Shown: one piece after another, positions 16,923-25,881 of the stretch
How the letters are laid out: each line of letters opens with the position of its first letter
Numbering within the stretch: position 1 is the stretch's first letter
Source: a virus
Taxonomy: Duplodnaviria; Caudoviricetes
IMG/VR virus record: IMGVR_UViG_3300025849_003344
Direction: 5' to 3' (one strand)
DNA length: 64,000 nucleotides
Translations under genes and position numbers: made by a program
Notes under the pieces: generated by a model
What the model saw: only the letters and a program-made list of their open reading frames with translations
What the model was told of the DNA's origin: nothing
Database searches by the model: none

Positions 16923-17884
16923 TAGTATAGTCCGTTAGGAACTATGGCATAATGGATTGCTAATACAACACCGACTGATGCTGCAAGACCAACCATCATT
17001 TTCAGAAAGTCTTTTCCAATAAGTGGGAATACCACTTTGAATTTTTCTTTTCCAGTTACAGTAGCCATAGCAAGTTCACGTCCACACAATAAGCCAACAA
17101 ATACCCATGTCGTTGACATTGGAATATCATTCAACTCTTTAAAGAAGAATAAGATAAGCCAATAAACACCATCAATAATTGTAGCAGATCTTACATAACG
17201 AGTATTATGTTTTTCGAGAACGATCTGCTGGATTTTACCACCACCTTCTCTGAACATATACCAAAGACCAAGTACGAAGACTGCACTAACGACAATCATT
17301 AGATCGACCGGTATTTGTCGTGGTAAGAATACTGCGATGTTAGCTACATCATGCGAAAGCCATGTAAACCACAAAAATCCTGTAGTTACCCATTGACCGA
17401 TTCGCCAATATCGTTTATGTTCTTCTTTAACAGGTTTTGCTTCGTCTAATATTTTACTTACTACGATCCATATTGCATATGCCGCTACTGCAGCGACTGC
17501 ATATCCCATCATAGATTTCATAAGCATTTTTTCTAAAATAAATGTAGAAGCAAATGCAGATAAAACTAAAAAAGACGTGCTTACTGGTACGCCTATTCGA
17601 GTCAAGATTAGCAATAAACCTGGTGCCATTGCATGATACCATTGGATTTCTTGAAACGGAATCTTATTCAAACGACCATAACTAATGTCGCCTCCGTTCA
17701 TATACCAACCGTACCATAAGGTGTAAAGCAAGACAGCCGAAGCTGATCCCCACATTACTTTCCAGTTTACTCTCTCATTGTTTGATGCGATCCATGTACC
17801 GAGAGTCTGTACAGAATCATTAGCAATAACTGAATAAGCCGCGAATAAAAATCCGACGGCCATCCAGAGAGTTACAAGTTCCAT
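16922..17884 (-). CDS. PiT/PHO4-related multi-pass membrane transporter (putative phosphate transporter)
   Basis: About 9-10 TM segments; IANDSVQTLGT, PVSTS, HDVANIAVFLP, PMSTTWVFVG resemble PiT signatures. Confidence 0.55.
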   Translation of the reverse strand: MELVTLWMAVGFLFAAYSVIANDSVQTLGTWIASNNERVNWKVMWGSASAVLLYTLWYGWYMNGGDISYGRLNKIPFQEIQWYHAMAPGLLLILTRIGVPVSTSFLVLSAFASTFILEKMLMKSMMGYAVAAVAAYAIWIVVSKILDEAKPVKEEHKRYWRIGQWVTTGFLWFTWLSHDVANIAVFLPRQIPVDLMIVVSAVFVLGLWYMFREGGGKIQQIVLEKHNTRYVRSATIIDGVYWLILFFFKELNDIPMSTTWVFVGLLCGRELAMATVTGKEKFKVVFPLIGKDFLKMMVGLAASVGVVLAIHYAIVPNGLY

Positions 17885-17935
17885 TGTAATTTTTCTCCTA
17901 GTTGTTACAATGAAACTATATATGTAAAATTAACT

Positions 17936-18886
17936 TTAGGCAGCAGTGGCGTATGCCACTGCTTTCTCTGCCGCAGTTACTTTTTTGGATTGATTGTAAC
18001 CAAACCACTGATTGTGAAGACGATTCTCTGAGTTCCGTCCTTGCAGGTGATCAGTGTAGTAAGTCACACTGTTGAATGCCTGCCACCATGTACCAGCGGC
18101 GAACTGAGCACCTGGCTGAACCTCAAGAGCATCGTAACACATCTTTGCAGCTTTAGACAAATCATCATAAACTGCAACCGGAGTTTTTTCCTCTTTACGA
18201 GATGTAGTTGGAAACACATCGTTGTAATATTGGATAAGAGACTCTGCGGTAATTTTACGGGAACCTAAGAACTGAGCCATCTCTTTGTACTTAGCAAACT
18301 TTTCAGAAGCAATACCAAGAGTTTCTTTTACAGTATCAGCATCAAATGCTGTACGATGACCAACTTTGACAGAACGCTTTGCATCCTGCTGGAGAGAGAA
18401 AGTCAATGTGTTATTGCATACAACACGAATTGGAGTAAACCGAACGTCTACTGCTTTTCCGTACTGATGCGGATTTGAAAAGAGAAGGAAAGATTCGATA
18501 GTGTCTTCACCAAACACATCAAAAGACTCTTTGACTTTTGCCAAAGCCCACACATTACGACCTTCTTTCAAAGATCCTGCTGTGTGCATTTCCATATCAC
18601 CAGCAGCAACAAACTCTGAGAAGAAAGTAAATGCTTCTTCGTTCTGTACTGGCTTCCAATCTTTACCTGTGACGTCAAGCAAAGTATTATCTGATGTACG
18701 GACAAGAGCAACCTTGTCATTGATTTCGAGACCAGATTCGGTAACGATTTTTTGCTGTTCAACTTCCCAGTCGACTCCAGCTTTTTGCATCATTTGTAAT
18801 GGTGTCAAGTCATTGCTAACTTCTGTTCCAAGACCGTGCCATGGAAGTTCACCTGCGTAAGCCATTGTTTCTACTTCATGTGACAT
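17936..18886 (-). CDS. DUF932 family protein
   Basis: MAYAGELPWHGLG, TPIRVVCNNTL, GTWWQAFNSVT. Confidence 0.85.
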   Translation of the reverse strand: MSHEVETMAYAGELPWHGLGTEVSNDLTPLQMMQKAGVDWEVEQQKIVTESGLEINDKVALVRTSDNTLLDVTGKDWKPVQNEEAFTFFSEFVAAGDMEMHTAGSLKEGRNVWALAKVKESFDVFGEDTIESFLLFSNPHQYGKAVDVRFTPIRVVCNNTLTFSLQQDAKRSVKVGHRTAFDADTVKETLGIASEKFAKYKEMAQFLGSRKITAESLIQYYNDVFPTTSRKEEKTPVAVYDDLSKAAKMCYDALEVQPGAQFAAGTWWQAFNSVTYYTDHLQGRNSENRLHNQWFGYNQSKKVTAAEKAVAYATAA

Positions 18887-19047
18887 TATATAACTCCTTG
18901 TTCAATTAGTTCATTAACCATCTTTACTTCAGCATTAAACTGTCTTGTAGTAGACTGCGAAAAGTCAAGCACCATATTATCAAATACTTTTTCTGCTTTT
19001 TCCATATCGCAGCTTAACAGCTTCATGATGTCTTTTAGATATAACAT
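18886..19047 (-). CDS. 53 aa hypothetical early protein
   Basis: Hand translation MLYLKDIMKLLSCDMEKAEKVF...; GAGG SD and promoter. Confidence 0.6.
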   Translation of the reverse strand: MLYLKDIMKLLSCDMEKAEKVFDNMVLDFSQSTTRQFNAEVKMVNELIEQGVI

Positions 19048-19078
19048 TAACGATTCCTCTCATTCATTTGATAAGACC

Positions 19079-19107
19079 ATTATAGCACAGTACTTATCAT
19101 ATGTACA
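19079..19107 (-). promoter_or_regulatory. Early promoter
   Basis: TGTACA-N17-TATAAT. Confidence 0.8.
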
Positions 19108-19197
19108 CAGTTAATTTGCGTTTTTTAAACTTTTTTTTCATTTTGTTAGCACTAACATTTTATAGATATTTACATCTTAAACAAAAGGTGTGACAAA

Positions 19198-19452
19198 ATG
19201 TGCAGCCCATGGAAACGTAAAGAAGCCAATCGATTATTTTGGATGGTTAAAGGACATCTTATTCCTAAGAGTGAACCAGATGATGTTGTTGAAGGTTACT
19301 ATGAAAGTTATTTCAAAAGATTATGGAACAACGAATCGCAGTGTTTAAGCGAATATGAAGCCGGATTTGAACAAGCTTACAAATTAAGAGAAATAGAAAT
19401 GCTTAGTGAAGAAGTCTCACGTGTAGCAGTGCTAGGCGGGCACTTTGATTAA
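19198..19452 (+). CDS. Hypothetical protein
   Basis: 84 aa, AAGG SD; NRLFWMVKGHLIP...SYFKRLW. Confidence 0.6.
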   Translation: MCSPWKRKEANRLFWMVKGHLIPKSEPDDVVEGYYESYFKRLWNNESQCLSEYEAGFEQAYKLREIEMLSEEVSRVAVLGGHFD

Positions 19453-19461
19453 ACCCGCCTA
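19431..19461. terminator. Hairpin between convergent genes
   Basis: CTAGGCGGG...CCCGCCTAG 9-bp inverted repeat. Confidence 0.55.
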
Positions 19462-19665
19462 GTCAGTCCACTTCGAATCAACCGCTGAAGCATCCCAAAC
19501 CCATTGTCTGTAAGTTGGATCTCCAACTACAACAACGTCTTTGTCTCCAACTTCAGTCCAGACACGATCGTCCATCCATCTGTGATAGTATGCTGGACCA
19601 CCCCAGACTCTACGAGCTCGTTGATAAGTCGCTTCATCCATTCCTACATAGTGTACTGTTCGCAT
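19459..19665 (-). CDS. Hypothetical protein
   Basis: MRTVHYVGMD start after TAAGGAG. Confidence 0.65.
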   Translation of the reverse strand: MRTVHYVGMDEATYQRARRVWGGPAYYHRWMDDRVWTEVGDKDVVVVGDPTYRQWVWDASAVDSKWTD

Positions 19666-19679
19666 AATATAACTCCTTA

Positions 19680-19814
19680 CCTCATACGCCCAAGCTAGTA
19701 TATCCAATCTCTCCGCACGGCCTTATTGACATTGCCGCTCTAGTTTGATTGAAACTAACATCTCATAAAAGATTGTGCTTTCAGGTGGCCTGCCCTCCAC
19801 ACGGACGTATGAGG
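19680..19814 (-). ncRNA. Candidate structured RNA or leader
   Basis: 12-bp closing stem CCTCATACGTCC/GGGCGTATGAGG enclosing several hairpins; lies in the gap upstream of the likely 19665 start. Confidence 0.35.
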
Positions 19815-19873
19815 AAAAGAGTTATGCTACTAACTCTTTAAACCTCTTAATCTGTAACCCAATCCCAAAAGGG

Positions 19874-19914
19874 ATCATAAACTTCCATCATAAACTTCCA
19901 TCATAAACTTCCAT
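19874..19914. repeat. Tandem repeat, 3 x 13 bp
   Basis: (ATCATAAACTTCC)x3. Confidence 0.95.
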
Positions 19915-20133
19915 TCCTGTAAAACCTTCTTGAGTCCAACCACGAGCGTCAGCATGAGCGGCGACCATATGAATATAATCCATTTGAGGCCAATGACCTT
20001 CCTTCAAAGCCCACTGTTTCATATCTGATTGAACAGCGATTGACTGCTCGCCTTGAGCAGTCTCGGCATAAATACGTTCAGCCTCAGACTCAACCATGTT
20101 CCATTCGGTGTTTTGCGTTTCAAAATTTGTCAT
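19888..20133 (-). CDS. Hypothetical protein whose C-terminus lies in the tandem repeat
   Basis: 81 aa, GGAGA SD. Confidence 0.6.
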   Translation of the reverse strand: MTNFETQNTEWNMVESEAERIYAETAQGEQSIAVQSDMKQWALKEGHWPQMDYIHMVAAHADARGWTQEGFTGMEVYDGSL

Positions 20134-20348
20134 TATACTGTTTCTCCAAAAAAGTTATCAACTAGAACTTCAAAGCACTCATACAGATATTCTGAAGTGT
20201 ACCACAATGAAAGTTCTAAGTTTAGGTCAGCGTCAACAAAGTTCCAGTTAATACCACCCGATGAATTAATATTCTCAGGATTCGTAGTAGCTTTGTTAAA
20301 AGCTTCGATTACGTCATTCTTGATCATTGCACCGTTTGATAATAACAT
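20133..20348 (-). CDS. Hypothetical early protein
   Basis: MLLSNGAMIK after GAGGAG; INWNFVDADL motif. Confidence 0.65.
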   Translation of the reverse strand: MLLSNGAMIKNDVIEAFNKATTNPENINSSGGINWNFVDADLNLELSLWYTSEYLYECFEVLVDNFFGETV

Positions 20349-20373
20349 GGTTATCTCCTCATTTGATATATAC

Positions 20374-20402
20374 ACTATACACTATCTAAAAGGTAATGTA
20401 CA
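20374..20402 (-). promoter_or_regulatory. Early promoter
   Basis: TGTACA-N17-TATAGT. Confidence 0.7.
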
Positions 20403-20615
20403 TAAAAAAATGCGGTTTTTTAAAAAATAGTTTTGTTTAAAAGCAAAGGTTTATAATTTTATGCGAGAATTTAATTAGTGGTATAGAAAAAGCTCCTAAT
20501 ATGTGTCAAATATTCTGTAAGAAGATACATACTAAAACCATAAATGGCTCTCCTAACTGTGCGATAAATAGAACTAGAGTTAAATTAAAAGATGATAACA
20601 ATTATTTGGTGAAGT

Positions 20616-21272
20616 ATGACAATTAGCGAAGAACGATTAGAAGAAGTAATTTATTGGAACAGACTCCAGAGCATGTCTGACTGGCAGGAGTTTCACGGAT
20701 TTAGCGCAAACAGAATTAAAGAAGAGCTTAAGCCGTTTGAAAATGATTGGGTACGATATAATCCTAAGAAACCAAACAACCGCTGGGGCTTAAGTGTTAC
20801 TAGTTTAGATGGTGGACTTAGTGGCATTCCAGATCTCACAAGTTTAAAAGACTGGGAACTTCAAACAGGTGAAGTATTAGCAAACCACGACATTACAACT
20901 CCCACCCGTGTGTGGACGGAAAGTGAACATCTTTCGCAGATGCTCGAACCATGGAAACAGTGGATAACGCGTTGTCACTTTCTTAGAATGGACCGCGGTA
21001 GCTTTTTTCCAGATCATCACGATATAAACAAATCAGACTTATCATATGATGAAGTAAGACTAACTGCGTTTATCGATTGTGATGAATATAATTTTAAATG
21101 GATTTACGACGATAAAATTGTAAAGTGCAATCCTGGTTCAATGTGGTATTTTAATGCTAACAAGCGCCACAGCGTTCATTCAACACGAGATGGAGTAATC
21201 ATCTTAGTGATTTGTTTAGCGTTTGACAAGGATCTTTTTCTATATATGCAGGACGCTGGACTAGTTAGTTGA
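20616..21272 (+). CDS. 2OG-Fe(II)/cupin oxygenase, Asp/Asn beta-hydroxylase-like
   Basis: HxD (PDHHD) ... YFNANKRHSV distal His. Confidence 0.65.
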   Translation: MTISEERLEEVIYWNRLQSMSDWQEFHGFSANRIKEELKPFENDWVRYNPKKPNNRWGLSVTSLDGGLSGIPDLTSLKDWELQTGEVLANHDITTPTRVWTESEHLSQMLEPWKQWITRCHFLRMDRGSFFPDHHDINKSDLSYDEVRLTAFIDCDEYNFKWIYDDKIVKCNPGSMWYFNANKRHSVHSTRDGVIILVICLAFDKDLFLYMQDAGLVS

Positions 21273-22528
21273 TTTATGCGCTATTCGGCATTCTTGCCGG
21301 AACAGTCTTTGGCATTATTCCAGGCGCTGGTCCTTTCCTAGCAATTGCCACACTTTATCCCATACTTGCCACATTTGATCCAATTGGGATTATGATATTT
21401 TATGTGGCTTTGCTTATTACATCAAACTATACAAACAGCGTAACTGCTATTCTTTATGGAATACCAGGAGATGCAGGAGCTGTAACTACTGCAAGATACG
21501 GCCATAAAATGTTTCTAGAAGGCAAAGGACATTATGCGGTAAGTAGTAACGCAATATCGAGTACGATAGGATCTATTTTTGCAATCGTGGTATTTCTAAT
21601 ATCACTTCCATTTATATTTCAGTTATTTAAATTTTACAATTCTACGATTCAATTAATTGTTATCAGCATTGCTATTATATTCCTAACAATAATGACAAAG
21701 CAGGCTTATTGGAAAACCATAGTTCTTTTTATTCTTGGTGGAATATTAGCCAAGATCGGATATGATAATCTGACAAAAGAAACATGGGGAACATTTGGAT
21801 TTACATATCTAACCCTTGGCATACCTTTTAGCACAATTATGATTGGTCTCTATATTGTCCCTGAGTTACTTAAGTTTGCTGAGAAAGATTTTACTGGTAA
21901 AAATAAAATTACAAAGTTTGCGTATGATCTAAGCACTTGGAAGGCTACGGCCACCGGTAGTTTTGTAGGATTTTGGTGTGGCTTAGTTCCTGGAATTACA
22001 AATGTTTTAGGCAGCTATCTAAGCGCTAATTTTATGAAGAAGGACATAGATAAAATAGCTGCAGCAGAAGCTGCTAATAATAGTGGAGCATTAAGTTCTC
22101 TTCTTCCGCTTATTATTTTAGGAATACCGATTGTTGGAAGTGAAGTACTAATATATTATCTTGTAGTTACTCGTGGATTTACTTTTGATTTAGAAAACAT
22201 TTACATGCTACAAGACGTATTGTATTATATTCCAATCGTATTAGTAGCATGCTTAGTTTTATCATGGTTGTATTTTAATCAACTAGGATATATTGCGGAT
22301 CTATATAAAAGATATAAGCACTATTTTATTATTGGCATTTTTGTATTCATCTCTGTTATGAGCATATACATATACCCAATAAAATTTTGGATAATAACAT
22401 GTCTGATAGTCACAACTGGAATTGGATTTCTTATAAGAAAGTGGGAAACGTTCCCAATTCTGTATGGATTCTTTTTAACTGATTTATTCTATAACAACCT
22501 ATTACGAGTCATAGCGATATACACATGA
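21269..22528 (+). CDS. tctA: Tripartite tricarboxylate transporter large permease, TctA-like
   Basis: GIIPGAG, AILYGIPGD, GLVPG, AAAEAANNSG, LGIP; about 11-12 TMs. Confidence 0.8.
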   Translation: MIYALFGILAGTVFGIIPGAGPFLAIATLYPILATFDPIGIMIFYVALLITSNYTNSVTAILYGIPGDAGAVTTARYGHKMFLEGKGHYAVSSNAISSTIGSIFAIVVFLISLPFIFQLFKFYNSTIQLIVISIAIIFLTIMTKQAYWKTIVLFILGGILAKIGYDNLTKETWGTFGFTYLTLGIPFSTIMIGLYIVPELLKFAEKDFTGKNKITKFAYDLSTWKATATGSFVGFWCGLVPGITNVLGSYLSANFMKKDIDKIAAAEAANNSGALSSLLPLIILGIPIVGSEVLIYYLVVTRGFTFDLENIYMLQDVLYYIPIVLVACLVLSWLYFNQLGYIADLYKRYKHYFIIGIFVFISVMSIYIYPIKFWIITCLIVTTGIGFLIRKWETFPILYGFFLTDLFYNNLLRVIAIYT

Positions 22529-23679
22529 ATAATTTAATATTAGGATACAAACGAGGGTATTATCGGTGCCAGGCTATTCAAACAGCGTTAGCTAAATTTC
22601 AGCAGAAGTCAACTATTATAACTGATGAAGATGATTTTGAAAAGATCGAAGGCAACTATGATCGAATATTTACAATGTCAGAAAGCTTACTGCCATTACA
22701 ATACAAATTAGAACAGCAATTAGGAATTAATAACCTAACAAAAGAGTCAGTTGAAATACTTACTAATAAATTTAAAATGGATGAATACGCCAGATCTTTA
22801 GGGTTTACTATTACACCTAAAAGTGTATTGCCTGAAAATGCTGAAGATCTAAACGCATTTGGAGATAAACCTGTTTTTGTAAAACCTGTTGTTGGATCTG
22901 GCACAAAAGATCAGCATCATAACTTTCCATACACTGCATTTAAAAATAAAGATGAATTGTTAAAGCATGTAAGTTTTAATACATGGATTGATAAAGACTT
23001 TAACAACACGCAAAATCAATTGATGGTTCAAGAACATTTACCAGACAACTCAGAGATATACGCGCTTTATGCTTATGTCAATTCTTCTGGAAGAGTCACA
23101 CCTCTCTATTGGTGTAAAGGCATCATAATGGTGAATAATAGGACTGAGACACATTGGCAACCAAGAAATTACTCATTTGAAGGAATACCCACAAATGAAG
23201 TTCCAGGAAAAATAAAACATACCGTGACTTATTTCTATCAAAAATTAGTAGACGGACTTAAAATAAAAAATCTATCAATGGTTGCTGACTTTTATTATTT
23301 TGATGACACGATTAAATTCATTGATTTAAATCCACGTATCGGCCAAGGAATGGTTATGTACGACGATTTATGTGACAATGAATTTTTACCTAATGTCTTT
23401 GCAGAAATGCCTTTACCAGAATTTAAAAGACATTTGTGGAAAGAAACTAAGTTAAAGGCCGGAACCATAAAAAGTGTTGGCGATTATAAATCTGTAGAAG
23501 GAGCGGGCGTTGCTTCAAATTTTCATTTGCATGATGGTGTTGTAATACCGGAAGAATACTGTTTATCAAGTCAGGATTTTCATTTTTCATTATTCGTATC
23601 TGGAAAAGAAAAAACCGATATGTACGAAACATATCGGTCTTCCCATAATCAATTACAAGCTTGTATAGAATATTATTGA
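22525..23679 (+). CDS. ATP-grasp fold protein
   Basis: NKFKM, FVKPVVGSG, VQEHL, FIDLNPRIG. Confidence 0.75.
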   Translation: MNNLILGYKRGYYRCQAIQTALAKFQQKSTIITDEDDFEKIEGNYDRIFTMSESLLPLQYKLEQQLGINNLTKESVEILTNKFKMDEYARSLGFTITPKSVLPENAEDLNAFGDKPVFVKPVVGSGTKDQHHNFPYTAFKNKDELLKHVSFNTWIDKDFNNTQNQLMVQEHLPDNSEIYALYAYVNSSGRVTPLYWCKGIIMVNNRTETHWQPRNYSFEGIPTNEVPGKIKHTVTYFYQKLVDGLKIKNLSMVADFYYFDDTIKFIDLNPRIGQGMVMYDDLCDNEFLPNVFAEMPLPEFKRHLWKETKLKAGTIKSVGDYKSVEGAGVASNFHLHDGVVIPEEYCLSSQDFHFSLFVSGKEKTDMYETYRSSHNQLQACIEYY

Positions 23680-24443
23680 GTATTGAGAGCTACAGCAGCT
23701 TTAACTTTATCAACAATCATATTTGCATTTGCATCATTTACGACATAAGTCTCAGTTCCTTCAAATGCTGCCAACCATTCATCAGTTGACATTAGTTCGG
23801 CTACGGCTGCGCGCGCTTGCCATACAACGGCCTCTGATGCATTAACGGCAAGAATAATATCAACAAATGCAAAGTCTAGATCACCATTTGCGCTAAAGGC
23901 AAAACAATTTCCGTCTGCTTCAATTTTTTCTTGTCGTGTTTGAATAGTAAAAATAGTATCTGCATCATTAGCAAGATAACCACGAGTTGTTCCGCCTGAA
24001 CCTTCATATGGAACAATCTCAAAATTTACATTATTTGCTTCACCTAACTCATTAATAAATTTAGTTACAGCATCAACGCCACCCCAAGTTGCGACCTTTA
24101 CGGTCTGACCTGCCATATCATCAACCGAGTTGAATGTACGACTGCACATTACTGTTTCATATGTTTGAAGAGCTACGATGGTTGAATCATCAATTGCCAC
24201 TGTTGGCATTTCTGAATCACCTGGCCATTCTGTACTCCACATTGTGAGCACATCGCCACCATCAAAGTAGGTAGACGCTACCACTGGATTTCCAGCTTGT
24301 ACAAAATTATGATCGATTTTAGTACCAACCATATCTAGTACTGCTTTAAACCCGCCCGAATCAGATCCGGTATTAACAATTGTAGTAGCATTTGCGAGAG
24401 GAGCAGCCAAGGAAAAGGCTGCGGCTAGAATAACATTTTTCAT
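23673..24443 (-). CDS. Periplasmic substrate-binding protein, TctC/Bug-like
   Basis: Signal peptide; IVPYEGSGGTTRGYLANDAD resembles the Bug/TctC hVPykGgg.a...llgg motif; adjacent to tctA. Confidence 0.6.
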   Translation of the reverse strand: MKNVILAAAFSLAAPLANATTIVNTGSDSGGFKAVLDMVGTKIDHNFVQAGNPVVASTYFDGGDVLTMWSTEWPGDSEMPTVAIDDSTIVALQTYETVMCSRTFNSVDDMAGQTVKVATWGGVDAVTKFINELGEANNVNFEIVPYEGSGGTTRGYLANDADTIFTIQTRQEKIEADGNCFAFSANGDLDFAFVDIILAVNASEAVVWQARAAVAELMSTDEWLAAFEGTETYVVNDANANMIVDKVKAAVALNTQ

Positions 24444-24476
24444 TATCAGTCCTTATTTACAAAAAATTATAAAGTG

Positions 24477-24497
24477 TGGGGCTAACCTCGGCCCCAC
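24477..24497 (-). terminator. Putative terminator hairpin
   Basis: GTGGGG...CCCCAC followed by TTT. Confidence 0.5.
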
Positions 24498-24532
24498 GCG
24501 CATCCGATAGTGGATGATACTTCTTCTATATA

Positions 24533-24901
24533 TTAGAAAGAAAAGCTAGCGCCAATTACGACATCGCCGCGAGTTTCGTTTTCTAAATCATAATCAGTTT
24601 CAACATATACTTCTGCGTTGTCGAAGATACCATAACCGACTTTAAAGTCAAGTGTTGGATTTGTATCCATGAATACAAACTCGTCGTTGTAAATCATGAG
24701 ATCAGTTGAAAGTGTAAAGTCCATGCCGTAAAGACCATAACCCATTTCTGGAGTAAGTTCAACGGTCATGTTTTCAACATCGACATTATATTCAGCAGTT
24801 GTTGTAGCACCAAGTGAGATACCAGTGGCTCCAAGCTCAGCGGCTTGAATAGTTGTTGCTGAGGCCAGCAACACAGCAGCAGTAATAGCAGCAAATTTCA
24901 T
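24533..24901 (-). CDS. Small outer-membrane beta-barrel protein
   Basis: Signal peptide, alternating beta strands, terminal ASFSF. Confidence 0.65.
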   Translation of the reverse strand: MKFAAITAAVLLASATTIQAAELGATGISLGATTTAEYNVDVENMTVELTPEMGYGLYGMDFTLSTDLMIYNDEFVFMDTNPTLDFKVGYGIFDNAEVYVETDYDLENETRGDVVIGASFSF

Positions 24902-24925
24902 TAGTTTATTTCCCTTATAAGAAAG

Positions 24926-25156
24926 TTATTTTCGATTCCAGATTTCGTATAGAACCCAAACAGCAAGTAAACCTACAAGGCCTTGTGATCCCAATGCGGC
25001 TATCATAGCACTTACATTAGCCACAACGCTTACAGCAGGAATGAATGGAAGTGTTCCCACGCCCAATACTTCAAGTACAATCATGAGAGCGGCGATACTA
25101 ATACCGACTTCTGCTAGTCCAGCAGCCCATGTTTTTACTTTGTTTAGAATGTCCAT
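24926..25156 (-). CDS. Small membrane protein (2 TM)
   Basis: 76 aa hydrophobic; GGGG SD. Confidence 0.65.
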   Translation of the reverse strand: MDILNKVKTWAAGLAEVGISIAALMIVLEVLGVGTLPFIPAVSVVANVSAMIAALGSQGLVGLLAVWVLYEIWNRK

Positions 25157-25169
25157 AGTTGTCCCCTTA

Positions 25170-25430
25170 GAAGTTAAAACGCCACACTTCTGTTACTAGG
25201 CAGTGGCCGCCCTCTTAATTATGCAGCTAGTGCGTAATCAGATGGTGCAAAATTATTGTTTGCATTTGTAGTGATTGACCTATTTCGCAGTCAGCCGGTA
25301 AACTCCACGTCACTTTCACACCTGTCGATCCTATTTCAGCCCCATCAAAAATACACATTATGTACTTATGGTGGAGCTGCCGGGTACCGCCCCCGGGTCC
25401 AGTATGTGTCTACGTTGCTTCAACGTTTAC
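25170..25430 (-). ncRNA. ssrA: Two-piece (circularly permuted) tmRNA; outer ends approximate
   Basis: Acceptor piece ending CCCGGCAGCTCCACCA (25369), 25-nt spacer, coding piece starting GGGGCTGAAATAGGATCGAC (25343), tag ANNNFAPSDYALAA* at 25263-25219. Confidence 0.92.
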
Positions 25431-25524
25431 AAGATTATTTATGACGTATTTGGCGTAATCCCTGACTATACGTGGGCTGTGTGATATAATTATCACTCGT
25501 CCGTCTTCGCCATAAGCTGTGTAT

Positions 25525-25881
25525 TTATTCTTCCTCTTGACTATCGTGTACATGTAATTGTAATAGCGCGTAATGAATGACTTTTAGAAGATCCTTGCGC
25601 GCATCCTCTCTAGTACCTTTTTTGCCATAACGATTTGCGTACTTGTCAACATTACCCATACAGAAACCAGTACCGTGACCTCTAGCAATAATAACTTCAG
25701 TCGATTGAAACTTATTTGTAGCGTAGTGACCTTTATACGTCGAGTCAATATATTCTTTTAGCTCTTGCATATATTTATCTTCACCGAACTTATAATCAAT
25801 TAGATCGAGTTCTGGGAAATCAAATGTAGTATCACCTAGAGTTATAGTTAAGTTGTCTGTCGTCATGATTGAATCCTTCAT
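25525..25881 (-). CDS. DUF3310-like protein
   Basis: GFCMGNVDKYANRYGKKG...DLLKVIHY. Confidence 0.6.
   Translation of the reverse strand: MKDSIMTTDNLTITLGDTTFDFPELDLIDYKFGEDKYMQELKEYIDSTYKGHYATNKFQSTEVIIARGHGTGFCMGNVDKYANRYGKKGTREDARKDLLKVIHYALLQLHVHDSQEEE

Noticed and set aside
17885-17935. Pho box upstream of the PiT-like gene
   Set aside because: TTACAT/TTTCAT half-sites are 12 nt apart and match the consensus poorly
19740-19800. Hammerhead ribozyme or c-di-GMP riboswitch in the candidate RNA
   Set aside because: CTGAAAG does not fit CUGANGA and the GEMM core is absent
25460-25525. Micro-ORF MAKTDE upstream of the tmRNA
   Set aside because: Six codons with no SD; more likely promoter or leader sequence
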